64,000 bases of DNA. It comes from the human T2T-CHM13v2.0 reference genome, Homo sapiens. Below are positions 58,700-64,000 of the stretch, one piece after another. Position 1 is the stretch's first letter; every line of letters starts with the position of its first letter. The position numbers and the translations under genes were made by a program. Under the pieces are notes generated by a model. It was not told where the DNA came from. It saw only the letters and a program-made list of their open reading frames with translations, and did no database searches. The stretch lies in the NCBI RefSeq assembly GCF_009914755.1, contig NC_060925.1; one strand, written 5' to 3'.

Positions 58700-61600
58700 T
58701 GGGGGCTAGAATTAGGAAGGAGATGTGAAAAGCTGAATGCTACCTGAGAAATGAGCATGCCTGTCCCATGCTCATAAATTGTTTTATTTAAACTTCACAA
58801 CAACCTTGGAGGAAAGAACTGCAACACATTCAGAGAAGGAGGAAACGGAGGCACAGGGAAATGAAGTCATTGGTGCGAGGCCACGCTGCTAAGGAGGGCG
58901 TAGCTGCCTAACCCTTTGAGGTCGGAAGGCATCACATTTAAATCACGGTATGCTACTTCCTGTGTATAAGCAAGTTAAAGTTTCTGAGTGTTAGGCTCTT
59001 CATATGCAAAACATTGTGGTTACCTGTATTCCTCTGTAGAATAGTTACTAGGACCATAGGAATAATATATGTTATGCTCTTAGCACACTGCCTGGCACAT
59101 GGAAGTCATTCAGTAAATATTTACTGCCTTCTTTCTCCCCAAGTAATATATTTTACATTAAGCATCAGTGGCCCAAAGCTAACCATAGCAAAGTTGTAGT
59201 GCATTGGAAGGAATGGTCCCAGCTGTTTGGGATTTTTTTGTTGTTGTTGCCTGGGAATAAGGGTGCAATTAAGAACAGGATGTTCCTTCCCGAAGGCAAT
59301 AGGGAGATCACCTTGTAAATTATTAACACAGAGAGATTCTCCCTCCTTCTGCATATCTATCTGAATCAGAGGCTATCCATCCTGATGATAAGAAAATTTC
59401 GAAAGGTTGTTTTACTTTCCCCCTTGGCTGTCAAACATCATTCTGTCCATTGCTGAAAGAGCCCTATTGTCTGTTAGGCTATCCAATTTAAGAACAGATT
59501 GTGGGGGAATTTCAGGGCCCAGCAGACAGATAACTTATTTTACTCTAAATTCTATCTTGCAATTATCCAGGTGTTGATTTGCAATGGACAAATAATTATG
59601 TATGCTGGCTGTGTAGGAGAGAATGCTGATTTTATGTAATTAACTAGCTGGGTAGTGAGCAGAACAAGAGGAAAAACACACTTAGGGGGCTGTTAAAATG
59701 TGTTTTTATGAACATGGTTGCTGTCATTATTGCTAAAAGGTAAACTAATTAAAGAGCTAAAATAATATTCAACCTATGACTCATGCACACATTTTCTTTA
59801 AAAATGTTCTCTGGTACTTCTGAAAAGTGCCTTGCATAAAAGGCATCTGGAATCAATTTTCACGTTTCTGTAGAAAGTGAAGTGCTATGGTACCAGGCAG
59901 AGATTCTCATCTGAGAACCTGGGAATCTGAACTTTAAAGTTTGGCCAATGATTCTGAGGCAGAACCAGATCAGGAACCACTGAGTTATAAGACAGGACGC
60001 TTGTGGGACCTCATATGCATAACCCAATTCTTCTGCTCCAATAGTTGGTCCTTTTTGCATTTCTCTGGCAAAGGTCTACTAGTATTTATTTCAGGTTTTT
60101 TTTTTCTTCCTCTGGGTCTTTTATTGTATTTGAAAAATATATTTTAAGACTGTAGGACATTATTAATAAATTCTTAATAACAAAAGAAAATGATCATCAG
60201 CCACATTCTGTCTCTGCAAAAACCCTTAGACTATCTCCTAGCAGTGTCTCTTGAAGCACCATTTTCTAGTTTCTCTGAGGAAAAGACTAAAGAGATGATC
60301 ATGCCAAATCAGTTAAGGGCATGCTTATATCCCTGGTGGTGGTTCCCACATGCAATGGCAAATTAAAGCAAGAAAAAGCCAGGCCCTACAATCTCCCCTT
60401 GGTAGACTGTAAGTTTATGAGGGCTAACATTTTCTTAAATTTGTTTTCTGTGTATCCCATACAACAAGAACAGTCATTGGCATACAGTGGGTACTTAATA
60501 TTTGCTGAATAAATAAATATATATCAAAAGGGAAATTGCTGTTTCTGTACACAGAGTTTCCAACGCCACCCTGCCACCCCCAACACACATATGCATAGTG
60601 TCTTAGAACATTGGAAAACCAAGTTTAAATTTCAGTCACAGGGCCCAAAGGTCTCAGGTACTATTAATCAGGCTCAGCAGTTCTATGACTCCCAGCAATT
60701 TTTCCAGACAAAGGAAAGCCAGGAATCATAGAAAAATGGCCAATAATATCTTCACGTACAAGGTAGAAGCAGCAAGACAAAAAAAAAAAAAGGAAAAACC
60801 TCTTGGTTTTAAGACGGTAAAGACAGCTATAATCATCAGTTGCTGAGTCTTTCTGACGTCCTCCCATGAAGGCTTGAGGAGCGTAGCCTGTCCTGCTCAT
60901 CTGGGCAAATCAAGGAGTGACTAGTCTGACTTTAAATCTGCAGCTTTATTTTTACACACTTGCTTACCGACAGCCTAAGGATGGCGTGACAGCATTTGCT
61001 TCTTAGATTTTCTCATCAGTGGGCTTGTGTCTTTTTCCTGGTGCCCAAGAAACAAAGCAGGTTTTTTGGTATGTGTTGCCATTAAGAGTAAAGTATTACA
61101 CTAGGTATATAATAGTTTATTTCATGTTGATACCACTCTGCAAGGCAGGCACAGAATAGGCTTTAAACAATATGTAAGTTCTTTTTCATTGTCCTTTTGT
61201 TCCTCACAGCCACCTAGCATGACATGCATTATTAATCCCTTCTTATAGTTGAGGAAATTGAGACTCCAGGAGATAAAGACTGGCCCAAGTTCACAGAGCT
61301 AGCAAAGGCAGGGGCAGGTGTGCTAAAAAAGAAAGGCATGTAAAGAAAAGAATGCTGAAAGGAAGAGAATCCAAAGCTTGAGGCTGGGTAAGAAATAGGA
61401 CTGCATGAGACAGGGAAAGGCCAGATCTGAATCCACAGTCATGATATTTATTTGTGCTTCTGTCATTTGTAACCAAAGGGTCCTATTTTGGTTGTGGTGC
61501 TGCACGGATGAAGGCAAGGCTGAATGATGCACATGAAATACAGCAGGAAAGCTGGATCTACAGTCAAAGGTGAAGAGGACCAGGGTAATGAATGAGAAAG

Positions 61601-61724
61601 GACAGATACCAGGAGAAACCTCCATTCTCATCTGGTGTTGCCATTCAGGATCTTCTTGGTCAAGAGCAAGTCACTTCATCTCACTACAATTGAGGAAATA
61701 ATGCTTACCTTGCAGGATGATTGT

Positions 61725-62050
61725 CGGAACTGCCTGCAATCATATCCCTCCTCCTAGTAGCAGCATCCAATCAATAACTGGTTGATTAGATGGGGCTGGG
61801 TATAAACACCCAGGCCCCATGTCTCAGTTTGAGACAATCCTGAAGGAAAACTCCCACGGGATAGTGGGAGCAGGTGACGCCTTTGCTGCAACTGCATCAC
61901 GGTTCAACTCTTCCCTCTGCCAGAGCCTACCACCTTCACTCCTCCAGCGGTTCTGATTCAGAGGACATTCCCTTATTGGGAATTTGCTGTAGTGTCCTAC
62001 AGCAAATCTTTGTCTCAGTCACTGGTTTCCTAGGGACTCCACCAAAGACA
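61725..62050 (+). mobile_element. ERVL solo LTR (LTR16-like)
   Basis: actgcatcacggttcaactcttccctctgcccaga-like core and tctcagtcactggtttcctagggactccaccaaagaca end. Confidence 0.65.
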
Positions 62051-62574
62051 GTACAAAATCAATGCATTTGGGGGAGAGTCTGAAAGAGTCTTGATATGGA
62101 GAGACAAGCCAGAAAGTTCGTGCAATAATCCAAGAATGACAGGCGTGGTGCTCAGAGGCAGCACCGAGTGCTCAGATAATGTAAACTAATACTGATCAGA
62201 TTCCAAGAGGCTAAGCCTAATCAAAAGAGAACAACCAGAGCTAAAACTTTTCCTACCCCAGGCAACTCAAAGTCCCCCGGCAAAACTGTTGCGTGTTTGC
62301 CAGCCATCCTGGGCAGCTGGGCTGCACCTGTAAGACAGAGCAGGGTGATCACCCATCCAAAGGCAGCCTCACTACCACCAGAACCAGGAGATGCAGTGAA
62401 ATTTGCCTTTCTAAAGTTCACAACTTGCTTCCCTTTGGCTAATGCACATAATAACAGGTACCAGGCACTGACAAAGTCGTATTAGCTGATGAGGAGTGAA
62501 TATGACCTTTTTTCCAAATAAAAAATAACAAATGTATTTTTAAAATTTTTGTATTTCAGTTCTTTTAAACAAGT

Positions 62575-62990
62575 GCTTTTTATTTTTTTAACTTTCTAAT
62601 TACAAAGGGAAACATGTTCAAGACTTAACATTTGGAAAGTGTAGAAGAGAAAAAGGAGAGGAAAGCCACCCATAACACCACCCAGGTACATTTATGGTTG
62701 CATTCAAGTGTATACTCTTCCAAGCTTTTCCCTAAGTGCATACACACGCAAACACCCATTCTTCAAAAAAAAAAAAAAAGTTCATACTATAAATCTGTGT
62801 CTTGCTTTTTTCATCTGGCAGCGTAAATTATATATGTTTTCCCATATTGATATTTTTGTGACATGATTCTTATTGGCTGTGCAATAGCCCATCCTACAGA
62901 TGTATCACAATTTATTTAAGCAGTCCCCTATAATTGGATAGTTAAGATGTTTCCAATGAAAACAGAATAAAGAAAACAATATTGAGGATT
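62575..62990 (-). mobile_element. Old L1ME-like fragment
   Basis: gatgtatcacaatttatttaagcagtcccctataattggatagttaagatgtttccaat. Confidence 0.6.
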
Positions 62991-64000
62991 CTTACTAAAG
63001 GCAGTGAAAAGATGCATTTTCCCTGCGAGAATGCCTCCTTGGAGCCTTTCACGCTTATCAGAGTTGTTGCTTCATCATCTTCCCCTCCTTTCTTCTGCAC
63101 CAGAAAAGTGTGGGCTCAAAATAGACAAATGTGTGAAAACAAATGCAAAATTTACCTCTCTGGTTGTCTTGCTTTGGGAGAAGCACAGAAGGGCAAAGGA
63201 GGAGTGTTTGTATAATTTGGATTACAAAAGAATGCCCGTAAGCTCTGGACACATTGCCCATGGAAGCCTGAGGGACCAATTGCAAAGAAGGAGGAAGCAG
63301 GAGAATTGGATTTACTCAGTGAGTCTGAGGTCATAGGCAGTGCAGAACCCCTAACTTAGAGCTCTCACCCAATGTGTGTTCACACTAGGCATTTGAAGGC
63401 TTGCTCTTGGACCTAGACAGAGGTTAATTAAACCACAAATGAACAAGAGTTTCTATTTGCACGTGCAACCTGCAATTGGCCACAAACTTTCTTCTGTAGC
63501 AGCTACAACTTCCATGGGGTCACCTCCATTAGAAAAAATCCAAGGGATTTAAGTGGGTGTCTCTGCCAGCAACTTGTTTGCGGAGTATTTTTTGTAAAGG
63601 AGATTATTTTGGTCTTGGTATATTCTGGTGTGAACAACTCTTATGTTTTATCTTCCATCTGCCTTCTAAACAAGAGTGCTGTGTTATACTATTGACTGAC
63701 TAAATTATTTCTTTAGAGTACAAAGGGGTATTTGTGATGAAGAAAACAGAGAGTGCAAATCAATTATTTACTGAGAAGGCTGCAATATAAATTACATTTG
63801 ATTAAACTCAGAGATAAATCTCAGTGATAGAGGGTTTAAGTAGAATGTGCTGGAAGAGACAGTGACTAAGTGTCCCCACCCGACAGTTGTTCCTAATGAA
63901 TGCAAGGGCACAGGCCTCAGCCCTGACTCCCTGGATTTCTAACATGGTCAGCCTAATATTCATTCATTCCACCAACATGTACTGAATGCCCACTACGTGC

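Noticed and set aside
61982-62007. 11-bp perfect stem with a 4-nt loop
   Set aside because: Too short for a pre-miRNA, lies inside an LTR relic, and intrinsic terminators are irrelevant in this eukaryotic context.

Overview
Primate (most likely human, chr1p32) genomic DNA lying entirely inside the DAB1 gene (Disabled-1, the Reelin-pathway adaptor), which is transcribed on the minus strand. Only two coding exons are present, both encoding the N-terminal part of the PTB domain: 46218-46357 (140 nt) and 37469-37567 (99 nt, not captured by the ORF track). The rest is intron, densely filled with Alu, L1, L2, MIR, CR1/L3, MaLR/ERVL LTR and hAT/Tigger DNA-transposon relics, plus microsatellites. Apart from the one overlapping the 140-nt exon, the ORFs in the track appear spurious or repeat-derived. 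I find no evidence for a novel multi-gene system. The most interesting unexplained structures are: a gap-free 132-bp non-Alu inverted repeat; a flip in Alu orientation across the 140-nt exon, predicting back-splicing; several short local duplications; a twin-primed inverted L1; an Alu/L1 fusion; and a 174-nt pure pyrimidine tract (DAB1 sense) that ends in an AG. Repeat subfamily names come from recalled consensus motifs, not from a RepeatMasker run.
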